A stretch of 64,000 nucleotides of DNA from Auanema rhodensis (Eukaryota; Animalia; Nematoda), in NCBI GenBank assembly GCA_964057225.1, contig OZ059899.1:6448001-6512000 (forward strand), written 5' to 3'. Under the pieces are notes generated by a model. The model saw only the letters and a list, made by a program, of their open reading frames with translations. It was not told where the DNA came from and searched no databases. Shown piece by piece: positions 13,098-25,300 of this stretch. Position numbers and translations under genes: made by a program. Numbering within the stretch: the stretch's first letter is position 1; every line of letters starts with the position of its first letter.

Positions 13098-13851
13098 TAT
13101 AACTTGAATAGTGGAAGTTATATTTTACATTGACGACGATATTATATAAAACATAGTTGTTAATCTATAAATAAATATATGTTAATATAATATTTATAAA
13201 GTTAATATTGAAGAAGTATAATAAATATTTATAAATTCAATAAAAAAAACTATAAGTCAGCATCTTTAAAGCATACACTTTAAAAAGACGTTTTAACTCT
13301 GCTGCATAAGAAGCATTCCGACGGGCGGAGTCAGCAAAACAGAGCATAATAGGTTCTGGTTCCGAGACCGAACACAAGTGTATTTCATGGATGATTCTTA
13401 AAGATAAAGCGTTAATGCTGCTACTACTACTATTACTGATATATAATTAAATTTAAAATTTATCATATTGGATCTTATAATTAACAATCAAATTATATTA
13501 TTAAAAAAATAAACTTAAATATAAAAAAAATACTTTGATTATTATTTACATAAGTTGATATAAATAAATTTAAATAAATTATTTTAGGCTTAATAAATAA
13601 ATAAAAAATAATTTTTTATAAATACTATATTCTAAATTAATAAAATAAATTTTTTTTTCTCAAATTAATAAATTAACCAGAATTTTAAGATTAAGCGGTT
13701 GTGATTTCATTCGTACTTATAAAATTTATGAAAAAGTCATAACTTTATTTGAATAAAATTCAAGTATTTCTATACATATAGTTTATATTTTATAAATTAT
13801 ATAATATATTTATTATATACAAAACAAATTACAAAATTACAAATCAAAAAA

Positions 13852-14970
13852 TTAACATTGTTTGTAAAATTTGTAAAGATTATTAGATGTTTCTGTCATT
13901 TCTGGTAGAGAGTTGAATAACATACATTGATTAGGTTGCAAAACATTGAATGCAAAAGCAATACATCGTTTCTAAAATAATTTTAATTTATATAATATTT
14001 TAATTTTAAACTTACTTTACTAGCAAATTCAAGCTTACATGCTATGGCACAATTTATCAAAGAATCTGTATGAAGCATACGTATTAAGCCAGGATCTTCG
14101 ATACTGTAAACATAGTTTGATGAAGAAATAAATCCATTTAGACAATTATCAAAATTTTCTGTAAACTATTTGAAGTTTTATTATACAAAGTTTTTTAACC
14201 AAACTGAAGAGAAAAACTGTTTTTTTTTAAATAAATTATCATACCTTCTACACTATTTTCCTTATTTGAATTTATTTTATTATCTCTATTATTGTCCAAA
14301 TTACTATTTAAGTTAACCAATCTAGCTGTATCTCTTTTCTATAAAATATAATAAAAATTTAAAATAAAATTATTCAAATTATATTTTACTTTTCGATCTA
14401 TTGGACGACATAAACATGTGACTATCATTCCTTTCCCATCATAGCGTCGGACACGAGGAGGATTATTCCATATAGTACTACCACCTATATGAACTCCACC
14501 CTATAATAGATAATCTCTTATTTAAAAGTTTTTATAAACAAAACCTGATTCTGTGCAGAGAAAAGAACACTAGCTTCATCACCAGCTTGTCGTATTATTG
14601 CAGACTCAAAGATTAGGTGTATATGCAAGAAGAATTAAAGAAACAACATACATTAGCAAATGGTTGAGCATCTCCTGACTCTGCTACAGGCTTGCAACTT
14701 CTGTAATCATTTGAAAAAACATAACAATCTTTTCCAGGTAGACCTAAATTTTTAATTTTTCAAATAAAATATTTTAATTTAATAGTTTACCATTAAATGT
14801 TTCGAGACGGATAGCACATTCTTCTGTAGTTCTAGCACATTCATTATCTATTATAACGGAATCACCTAAATAAAAAATTAAAATATTATATGTATATAAC
14901 TATTCATAAACTAACAAAGAATTATATGTGGTAAATATGCAATTAATAAAAGTTGAATATATCCAATCAT
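13852..14970 (-). CDS. Secreted protein: signal peptide, Cys-containing N-terminal domain, RKKR site, C-terminal PAN/apple-like domain
   Basis: Eight exons in frame: MIGYIQLLLIAYLPHIILC-DSVIIDNECARTTEECAIRL...VTCLCRPIDRKKRDTA...NCLNGF...DSLINCAIACKLEFASKKRCIAFAFNVLQPNQCMLF...FYKQC*. The C-x3-C...C-x-AF-x-F...C-x-L...Y-x2-C pattern is PAN-like. An acceptor-like site lies just upstream of the ATG. Confidence 0.75.
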
Positions 14971-15360
14971 TTCTGCAAATCTGAAATAATTAAATAAATT
15001 TCAGTTAAAACTAAATTAATTCAAAGGAGGATAAATAAAAAATACAACGAAACTAAACTAAATTCAAGAGAACTAGAAGTGGGGAAACCTTCCACCGTTT
15101 ATGAAATTGAATTGATGGCACACTGATTGGTGACCGAGAAAGTTAACTCAGATTTGTTTCCGAAAATATCAAGATAATCAGCTGGCTAACAGTAGACAGT
15201 TGCTAGCAGAACGTTTTGCAACATGCTGTCTGTTGCAATATCAACAACAGGCTTTTGTTGAAGAACTTTGATTAAATATCATCTAAGATTCATTAATAAA
15301 TGAATAAAGAGAAGCATAAATTTTATATTTTATAAAGAAATATAGAAATTTATACTATAT

Positions 15361-15428
15361 ATGATGATGACGACGATGATGATGATGATGATGATGATGG
15401 TGATGTTGAGGATAACGATGATGATGAC
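15361..15428 (+). repeat. Imperfect (GAT)n microsatellite
   Basis: Run of GAT/GAC units. Confidence 0.9.
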
Positions 15429-17025
15429 GGTTATGAAAAGATAAACTTGAAATGCCATCATACTCATGATTCATGGTGGATAATACTTAAAGGATTAAAA
15501 CCAACTGTTTCACTGAGCATTTTGTTTGTTCAAAAAGTATTTTTAGATTAAATCTTGTTTTTAATTTGAAAAAAAAAATTAGATTTATAGAGGTCATACA
15601 TATTCTTATATATGTGAATTCTTAAAATATTTTTATTTTCAAAATACTTTGCTAATGGAATATTGTTTTATTTTTTCAAAATCAATATACAAACATACAT
15701 ATGCATGTATTGTATCTAAAATTCTCAAATTTATTTTACACAAAACTGATTATTTCCACAACAAAGAAATTAAAAATATGGTTCTTTACTTATAATATAT
15801 CATATCATATAGTTATTATCATAAAACAAATTAAATATGGATTATTTTATGAATTTTTTTGATAATTTTCCATCTTATTATTCAATTTCATTCAACTTCC
15901 GATTACTTATTGACATGAAAGTGTTTTTTTTTAATTTGCAAAAGAAAATTATAAGCAATTATAAGACTAAAAACTTATTTTCAAACTTCATTTAGTCTCT
16001 TGATTGGCCCCGTTGACACTGTTGTCAATGTTGCAGATTATGCTTTGTGTATTCAAACATTCCACAAAGTTAGGATATGCTATGTTGAACTTGAATTTTT
16101 ATTTCTTCCATAATCGGATTCAACATCTTCTTGTTCATCATTGCCACATCTCTAAGTCGGTCCGAATTGAGCATTAACGAAATATGGATAGAGGAGAGCT
16201 AGCATCATCATTATGCTCATCATACTTGGTATATAGGACAAACTCGCTCGTGGAAAATTGGGTTCAGTGTGTTTGTAAAAGCCATCTAATCATTTTATTC
16301 CTTTTTTGTTTATTATTAAGAAGATTATCTCCTTATTTTTGTATTTTCTTTAAACTCCCTTCTATTGTTTAGAGAGTTAGTAAACTCTGTATTCATTCTC
16401 TACACTGTCATATAGATTCATTTATGATCATTTAATTATTTTTACTTTGTTGTCCTTTTATGGAATCAATTTTAGGAGACAAACTAAAATTAAAATTGAG
16501 AGGATAGAAAGAGAGAGAGAGAGAGGTCTGTTAACGAGATATAGAAAAGGAATGGTAGACAATGAGTGCTAAAGAGATTTTTAAAGTGGAACAAGTAGAT
16601 GGATATGCAGGCCAACAGAAATAGAAAAAGAGAATTAGAGAAATAAATAGAGAGATAATAAGAAATAGAGAGATAGAAGTAAGGATGAGCCCTAGTGTGT
16701 GATACAAGGAAGAAGTAGCTCATCGTGTACATGAAATCAGATCTTGGAGAAATCATGTTCAACGAATTAGTCAATACTTCTATTTCCATGTCAGTAATTT
16801 GAGACAATTCATTGTTTTTTTTTTAAGTTTTCGTTGAGATTATTAGAGTCATTTCCGGGTAATTTGATTGAATATTTTTAAAAATCAACGTGGTTTTGGC
16901 CTTTGTATGTACATATGTGCATATACATATGTAGATATATGTATATGTATGTATGTAAAAGCTTAAAGATCACTAGCTTTCAATTTTAACATTATTAAAT
17001 GAATATTTTCTTTATATTCACTTAA

Positions 17026-17031
<6 letters not shown>

Positions 17032-17069
<38 letters not shown>
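17032..17069. repeat. (TA)n microsatellite
   Basis: Pure TA run. Confidence 0.9.
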
Positions 17070-17072
<3 letters not shown>

Positions 17073-17444
17073 AATTAAAAATGGTTTATTACTTGTTTAT
17101 ATATACATAGATATTTCTTGAGATGAGATAAAATCTATTATTTCTTGTATATCCCATATATAATATAAATTTAATAGGTTCCAATACAGATTATGGAATA
17201 AAATGATTAATTTTGATGAAAAATAAAGTCTTATTTTCTGGAAAAGAAAAAAAGAAAGTAAAGATGAGTGAGAGAGAAAAGCATCAAACGACAAAGCGAC
17301 AAATGGAAATGCCGAAGATTCCAATGCTGTTGTCCATTTCTTTGAAAAAAAAAAGGATAGAACTTAGTTCATTCTCATATTTTTCCGCAAAATTCTAGAG
17401 AAGAGAATTTTATGAGAAAAAAATCTTCTTCTTCAATCAGTTGA

Positions 17445-19658
17445 ATGCTAAGTCCTGTAACTGATATGCCTCTTCCAGCTTCACCTCCAGGTCAGTAAAA
17501 CTTAGAAATTATTAGCGAATTGTCTCTAATTGTTTTCTTTTTTTTGATACATCAAATCAGCTATTATTGTTATTGTTTTGTTTTTGGTGCTTAGTAACAG
17601 AGAGATTTTCTATATTTGCTTTTGATACCTCTTAGTAAGATTCCGCTTCCATCAATAAATTTACACATCTTTTCATATTATTTTACATCTTTCTTTGGCT
17701 CATCAATTCTATTCAATGCTAATATTTAAATATTTTATAAATATATAATGTTTTAATAAGTAAATTATATGATTTAATATATATAATTGTTTTTTCTTCT
17801 TTCTATTTCAATACAGATTGCAGAGAAACAGAAATATTTTGACATATGCTTTAAAATAGCAGAGTAATATGAGAATAAGAGAATATCACATAGTATTCTT
17901 CTTACAACTTTATATGATTTATAAAAAAATGTTTTAATATTTTAAATATAACCTTATATAAAATTATTATTGAATTTAAATTACTTATTTTCCCATAAAC
18001 TCCAGTTTTGGCAACCTCATCCTATCGCCGTCGCGCTTCTTTCTCATTCAACTCTCTCAACTCTCACGTTGTAGACCCTATGTCAGCATTCTGAATCGCC
18101 ATTATCATCGTTATGCTGCTACTTTTAAAGCTTTCCAACCTTATTGCTATGCAAATGACCGTATAGCATGTTAACATGCTACAGATTTGGAAATATCGAA
18201 ATATTCATATATACATTGACTATATATTTTCTTCTGTTTTATGGATAAATTGACGATCTGTCTTTCGTATGTTTTTATACTATAGACCATTTCAGTAATT
18301 TATAATCGGTCATCACGACATCTGTTTTCTCAAAAGTTTTTTTTTGAACTTGTAAATAAACGTGGCCAGTCTTATGCATTAAGATGATGCAGTATATGTA
18401 ATATTACAAAATCTATTTATATTTTAACAAAGTTTATTAAATTAATTAAATAAAAAAAAAATAAAACAGCACAAATTAGCGATATGATCTCATTATGTGT
18501 TAACTCAATTTACGGATATTTCTTTTTCTTTATACATATTTTATCATTGTTTCAATTTCCAAATTTAGACAAAAGTGCAATTAAATTATTTTAAATTATA
18601 TATATATATATTAGTATATCTTCTTTTAATCGTATAAATTATTACATATATTTCTAAATTTCGTCTACATTCCCAACTGTTCAATTCGAAATATATGTAT
18701 ACATGTACTGAATATACAACTTTGTCTTGTGAAAAAACTTGATATAAATGAGAATAACAGCTTTTTTATTTATTTTTTTTCCTCGTTAATCAATTTTCAT
18801 TCAAACTTTTCAAACTTTTCACCTTTTAATTTCGATGATTTATAATCTTGTTAGCGTAAAATTACTTTTGCTTTTGAAATATGTTGCTGGATCTCCTACT
18901 GATACGCTCTTTTCATTAATTGTTACCAATAAATATTTAAAATATTCAAGTATACACTAAAAAAGATTTTTTTCTCATTACATCGGATAAAAGCTGAAAA
19001 TATTTGTATTTTTTCTAATTCTTTTTTTTTCTTCCCATTTACAACTATGGATTCTGAACAGAAAATATTCATAAGAAGCGGCCTGCTTCTCTCTTAAGAT
19101 AGTTGTCTGGGAAATTTTGGATAAGCTAAGTAAAGTAGCAATTCTGCTAAAATCGTATTTTTCTTTAAAAAATTTTAATTTTTAATAAAAAAAAGAAATA
19201 ACTCAGTACAAATTATAGCATATACGTAGACTTCGATAATAAAAACGTGAAATTACTTTTGAAAACTTCATATAAACATAATTTGACTAATCAGCTAAAG
19301 AAGTTCAATAAAAATCATATTGTGATCTATTTCCTATTTGATAATTATGTTCATATATACGGAACTTGAAAGAGTTAATCAGATTAATCATAAGATTAAT
19401 TATAGTTACATATATGTATTAAAGCACATTTAAACCACGAAATGAAAAAAAAAAGAAACATAAATCTTTTTCTTTTCATTTCATTTCCTATTTAAACTTA
19501 ATTATCATATTTATAAAATTAAACAGTATAAATATATATTTAAAAGTATATATATATATATATATATATAAATGTACATAGATAGACATAGGGATGTACA
19601 TGTATAATATGTATGCATATAGTATGTATACATAATTGTTTTATGTATGTATGTATAT

Positions 19659-19692
<34 letters not shown>

Positions 19693-22059
19693 ATAATCTT
19701 TTTTGAAAACATATCTCTTTTCTCTATATTTTTTTCTAATTCATTTTTATTTTTTTATTTCATTTATGAATTTTTTTCGATATATAGATAACCGTACGAA
19801 TTTCGTGAAATGATTGAAAATTCTCACGCAATTCACGTGAATATCACACGTACTTCATTTTTCTATGAAACGTAATGAAATGCGGTTGAATCTACTAACT
19901 ATAGATTTTAAAAAATATTATTTTCTTATTTAAAATATTTAATTTTTACTTATAATTAATTTTATATAAGTTCTATTGATTCTGTTGCTATTAGTAGTAA
20001 AGCAAAAAAAAAGATTTTTAAACTATTATTACTAAAAATGAACTATTTTTAAACTTTTTTCTTCATTCTGAATGAATAAAATGAATTATATTCATGCTCA
20101 AGTCATTTCAGGAAATCTTGATGATATTCTTTAAAAATATAACAATAAAGACAAGTCGAATTGTGTACTACTAAACATGATTTCAGTATTTAAAAAAAGA
20201 GTTTTGAATACGAAAAAAATAACAAACGGTTTTATAATTTCTTTATTATTGTTCTATCTACTTATATGGATTTATATGAATATATACACACATATATATA
20301 TATATAAAGTATATATAGTATATAGTATATATAGCTATATATAATATATACATATCTATCTATCTATCTATCAATATATCTATCTACATAGACGTTTGTG
20401 TAATTATGCATTCCGTTATTATTATTTTTCTTTAATTACTTGAAAGTTTTAAAATGATCCTGTTGTATATGCACCTTTCCCATCCATTATTCCAATTGTT
20501 TTTGGACATGGATGGTTCAGAATTGTTTTTGGACTTGAATGGTGCTCATTAAGCGTTTCTACTGACCGACAAAACTCACATACATATGTATGTATGTGAA
20601 TACACACTTCTTTAAAATGAAGATCTGTTCTAAAAGGGTAACAGTAAAGAAATATTATCATCGTCAGTATACATAAATCATTCTTTTTAGTTCTTTAATT
20701 ATATATTATACGTAATTTGATCTCACACATTTTTGACACATTTCATTCATTCATAACGAAAATCATCACTATTTAATTTTTAAACTTTTTTTTTTTTCAA
20801 ATAACTTTACACCAATATATCTCTGGAAGTGTTACAAATTGCAAACATGTCTCAGATTAATTTAACTTATATTTATTTATTTTAATTATAGCATAATAGT
20901 ATGAGATTATAATCTATTTTGTTTTTTTTATTTTCTAAAATAAGATAAATTCATTTAATTGATTCATTTTTTTTTCTTTTTTTTTTCTTATCTATTGAAA
21001 GAACAAAACCTTTAGATAGAGTCGTAAAAAGAAAAATTAAGTGAAGAAGATCAAAATAAATTAGTTGCTTAAAAGACTTTTAAGACTCTATAATTCATTT
21101 TCTTGTAGTTCAAGTACAAGAAAAAAGAATCTGAAACATATCTTTGAAGATGCTGAACAATTTTATACAAACTAGCTTTCATCGGTATTTTTTTCTCGCA
21201 TAACTATTAATAAAGTGATAATCCTTCTGTTTATTTATAATATATTCTTATAATCTTGAACGTTTAGTTTCTTTATTTTTTGCTGTTCCTACTCCTTCTT
21301 CTGGAAACTTTTATTTGAAATTTTACTTTTATATTGTCTTTTGAACACCACAACACAACATTTTTTGAATCTTTAGCTATTTAAATTGCTGTTTAATACT
21401 TCTAACTTCTGTCAAATAAAACACAAAATCTCATAAATCCTATTCAAGGACCATACATGGCAGACGAACTGGGATAAGAAAATTTTCGTGTGGCTTCAAG
21501 CATTGTTACCAACATGCTGCTTTATTCATTCACAGCTTATTTTGCTATTTCTTCTAAAAAAATATATAAGAAGATATTTAAAAAACTTTTTAAATTTAAA
21601 AAAAAATGTTGGAATATCTCTTTTACAACTTTTGTATAATATTTTTTATCTTTTGACATATTTATCTATGGCTTTGTTGTGTACTCTTGACATACTCATA
21701 TGTCATGTACATCAAGCTTTAAGGGCCATCTCCACAAGATTCTCTTAAATCTGTCACAGCGTTTAAGTGCATTTTAAAACTTTTTTCTGTTTATTTTTTG
21801 AATGATTACTTCTTTCTTTTGATGTCCTACTGTAAAATTTAAAGTATTGTTTGTTTTCTCGTCTTTTATTATTTCATGCATTTCTCAAAATCCACTCAAT
21901 ACCTGTGATATATGCAATAGAAATTTCAATTTTAAATACATTTTTTTAGTTTTCTTTTTATTTTTGTTGTTCTTTTAGTGAAGAAATCAAGTTTGGCTGG
22001 ATCACGTACGGGCAGAATGGAAGCGAAGGAGGTCACATTCAAATTTCCAATACATACAC
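17445..22059 (+). CDS. sto-2: Candidate distal 5' exons of sto-2 (17445-17490 and 21979-22059)
   Basis: MLSPVTDMPLPASPP with donor CAG|GTCAGT (phase 1), then an 81-nt symmetric phase-1 exon TTTTAG|...KKSSLAGSRTGRMEAKEVTFKFPIHT...|GTGAGT. Both stay in frame with exon 39600. Confidence 0.5.
19811..19952 (+). repeat. 142-bp dispersed repeat, copy 2
   Basis: Direct-orientation copy of 9585-9726. Similarity continues with mismatches for about 16 more bp. Confidence 0.92.
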
Positions 22060-22257
22060 GTGAGTTTAGTAAAATATGTTTTAAAAAAAAATTTTGTTGA
22101 AGCTCTATATTGCTTGTATTACTAACTAATACCAACTCATTTATTTAAAAAAAACTCAAAAAATATAATTATTGATGTTGTTCAAACAAATATTTGTCGT
22201 TCTGTAAAGATTCTTGTAAAATATTTTTAACAATTTTCATAATTACCTATTTATTTA

Positions 22258-22261
<4 letters not shown>

Positions 22262-22311
<50 letters not shown>
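22262..22311. repeat. (TA)n microsatellite
   Basis: About 25 TA units. Confidence 0.9.
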
Positions 22312-22317
<6 letters not shown>

Positions 22318-25300
22318 TTATTTTTAAATATGTAGTAAATAGTATATTTATATGTCATTTCTATAAACTTTGATTCATGCTTCATAGTCCCAAAAATAGA
22401 TAGTTCAAGCAACACAAAGCATGTCACAAGCTGTAGCTTTATTCTAAATGAGTCATGCTATGAGCCTAATAAGGTTATTTGAACGATTTGAACAAAATTA
22501 TATGTTCATCAAGAACACATTTTCGACGCTAAGCTTGTGCAAATGAACAATTCAAATGTAATTTGCCCTTTCTTATTACTTTTTTTCATTTTCTGATTTC
22601 TTAGATTGAATTCATTCACGTTTTTATTCTGAATTCGATTATTTTCCTATTTCTACATCTCTCACTTCTGTATATTCTATCGTTAAGTTAATGTAAATTC
22701 ATTCACTGAATCTGGAACACATACATAGTTGAAATCAACTGTCAGAAGCCGGCTGATTCTGCCTCTTGGGAGAAAACCCGTCAGCACTTGAGGTCAAAGC
22801 AACATACCCTTTTAACAAGATACTGGTAATCAAAGAAGAAGAGAAAGAATAGAAACTAAAGTAATAGAACTGAGACCGAGAAAGAGAGACATAGAGATGT
22901 AGAGCATAAGATAGATAAATGAAGCATAGGGGAAGGAGATGCAGGCAGGCAGAGAGATTGCAATGGTGGGAGGGGGTAGGAAAGGGGGAGGGAAGGCATT
23001 ATATTCAGAGAGAGTCTGAATAGAGAGTGATGATCGGAAGAAAAATTTTGGTTTAAATCAAAATTTTTCAAATTATCAAGGCGCCTATCTGTGCCATATA
23101 CTGTTGATGTTCTCAGAGTCATCATCTAGCTCAAGTAACTACGCAATCATGTTGATGTACGGTTAGTGTATTCATTTTTTTCTCAAAAATTGACTTTAAA
23201 AATTAAAAATTTGGGTTTATTTCTACCAATTTTTAGCAGAATATATCTATTTAGTGAAACATTTGAATTAACCTTTGTTTATGAGAATTCTTAAAATATT
23301 TCAGAAATACTTAGTGAGCATATATGTACTTTTCTAAACTTCTTGCACATTACGGCTATTGTTCTTCTCTAACTCATTTCCATTGTTCTCATATTTTCTC
23401 TACAAAATAAAATTTCTACTTGGTAATTTTAGTTTACTAACTCTAGCAAACTCTCTGTAGAAAACTCAAAACATCTTATCATAAATCTAATGAACTTGAC
23501 ACTTTTAATGATTTAATGTCTCAAATTGTATTGTTTTCCCATATTTTTTTTACTTTTTAAAAACTTTTGGTTGTTTTATCTAACATTGTATATTCTCTGT
23601 GGTGTTACTAATGTCTCAGATTTGACTTTATTAGTCAATAAAGACAAAATAGAAGCTGTCTCCATAAATTTTGAAAGAATCTAATGTTATAGAAGAGAGA
23701 AATTGGTTTTTTTTACAATTAATAGTATATATATTTTTTTTTAATTTATTTTATAAACTATATATTTATATTTTAGCTTCTTCTACTTACTATTTTCAAT
23801 CCTTGATCATTTTAACTAACATTATAGTTACACTCACACTCAAGCTTCATTCACTAATTTGTCTTCTTATGACTAAGAAAAGGGGAAAAGTTGGATCTTA
23901 ACCAATATTAATCGGCTCTGCTCTTTACCCACTTTTTCTGCTGCTTCTCATTTTCTTAAAAAGCTTTACAATTTTTGTGTTTTTATGTTGTTGACCATGT
24001 AGAGTTGATGATGCTGAAGCTTACTTAAGTAAAGTAACTCTTATTTCCTATTATTTCTTCTTAATTCTTGAATTTAATTTCCATGCAAACATATAAAAGT
24101 TCGTTTTAGCTTTTTGAAGTTTCCATCTCTTAATCCATTTTGCGTTTGTTTTATTCTATTCTGTATTTGTCTTAATTTCTATTTATCTCAGGTTTTTCAT
24201 TTGCTTTTTGCTATGAAAATATCTTAAGTCAGAATTGCCTTTTTGGTTACTTTTATATTAAATTTTTTTTTAAAACAATCCCTCTTAAGCAGAACTTTTA
24301 TTTTTCTCAAATAGTAAACAGTTACATGCTGCTACTACTACTATTACTATTACTACTACTACATATTTTAACTATATGTAAAAACAAAATATAATTTTCT
24401 GTAAAAAGAAAAAAGATAATATATAAGCTGTATGTCTTATTTCTAAGTCATTTTTTCTTTTTCTTTTACGGGAAATATGATATAATCTATTATACATAGT
24501 ATATGGCATCCTAGTAAGATATGGTAGTTGTTTCTTAAGGGTTTTCGTATGGAACATCGAACAAGAATAGGAACAGCATAAGATAGGCTCTTAGTAGCTG
24601 TGATATGAACATTCACAAAAAATGTTCGAAAAAACTAAAAGAAGATGAATAATGGCTTGAAGATCTTAAAGACTTTTTCTTACGCTATTTAGATGTTTTT
24701 TTTCTTTTAAAAAACATGAAAAAAGCTTTCTTTTTATTTAAAAAAATATATTTATGTATTTACACATGTATATTATATTTAAAAAGAAAGAAAGGATTAT
24801 TTTAAATCATTTAGAATACATAGATTGTTTTCATTTTTGTCTTAAAATTCTTAAGCAGTTAAAGAAGCCAAAAAGAATTATTAACAATCACATAGTTAAC
24901 ATTCAACTATTCAAGTTTCTAAAATTCTATGAAATATTTGTTTAGTCATATTTTTTTTAAACAAGAAATTTTAAATAATTTCTTTAGAGTTAGTAATCTT
25001 GTCAGTAACTTGCAGGAATCCCATCAAATAACCAAATTTAGAACTCAAAATGTTTCTTTCAGCAAGAGTTCCATTTTCTAAACAAGCATATCTAAGCTTC
25101 CCCTACCCCCAATCGTGTTCTCACTTAATCTCAATTCTTCTCCTCTTTTTCTGTAAATCTTTTTCTTTATTTTTTTACTTTTCTCTTTTTGGTCAATACG
25201 AGTTTTTTTGCATTAGAATTATTATTGTTAAGCGATTATGAGACCAAAAACAGTTTGCCACACCATAGCGTGAAGAATTAATCCTCCTGTGGTTTCGGAC

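Noticed and set aside
15360-15550. Poly-Asp reading frame through the (GAT)n repeat
   Set aside because: No in-frame ATG after the upstream stop and no convincing splice context; trinucleotide repeats give open frames by default.
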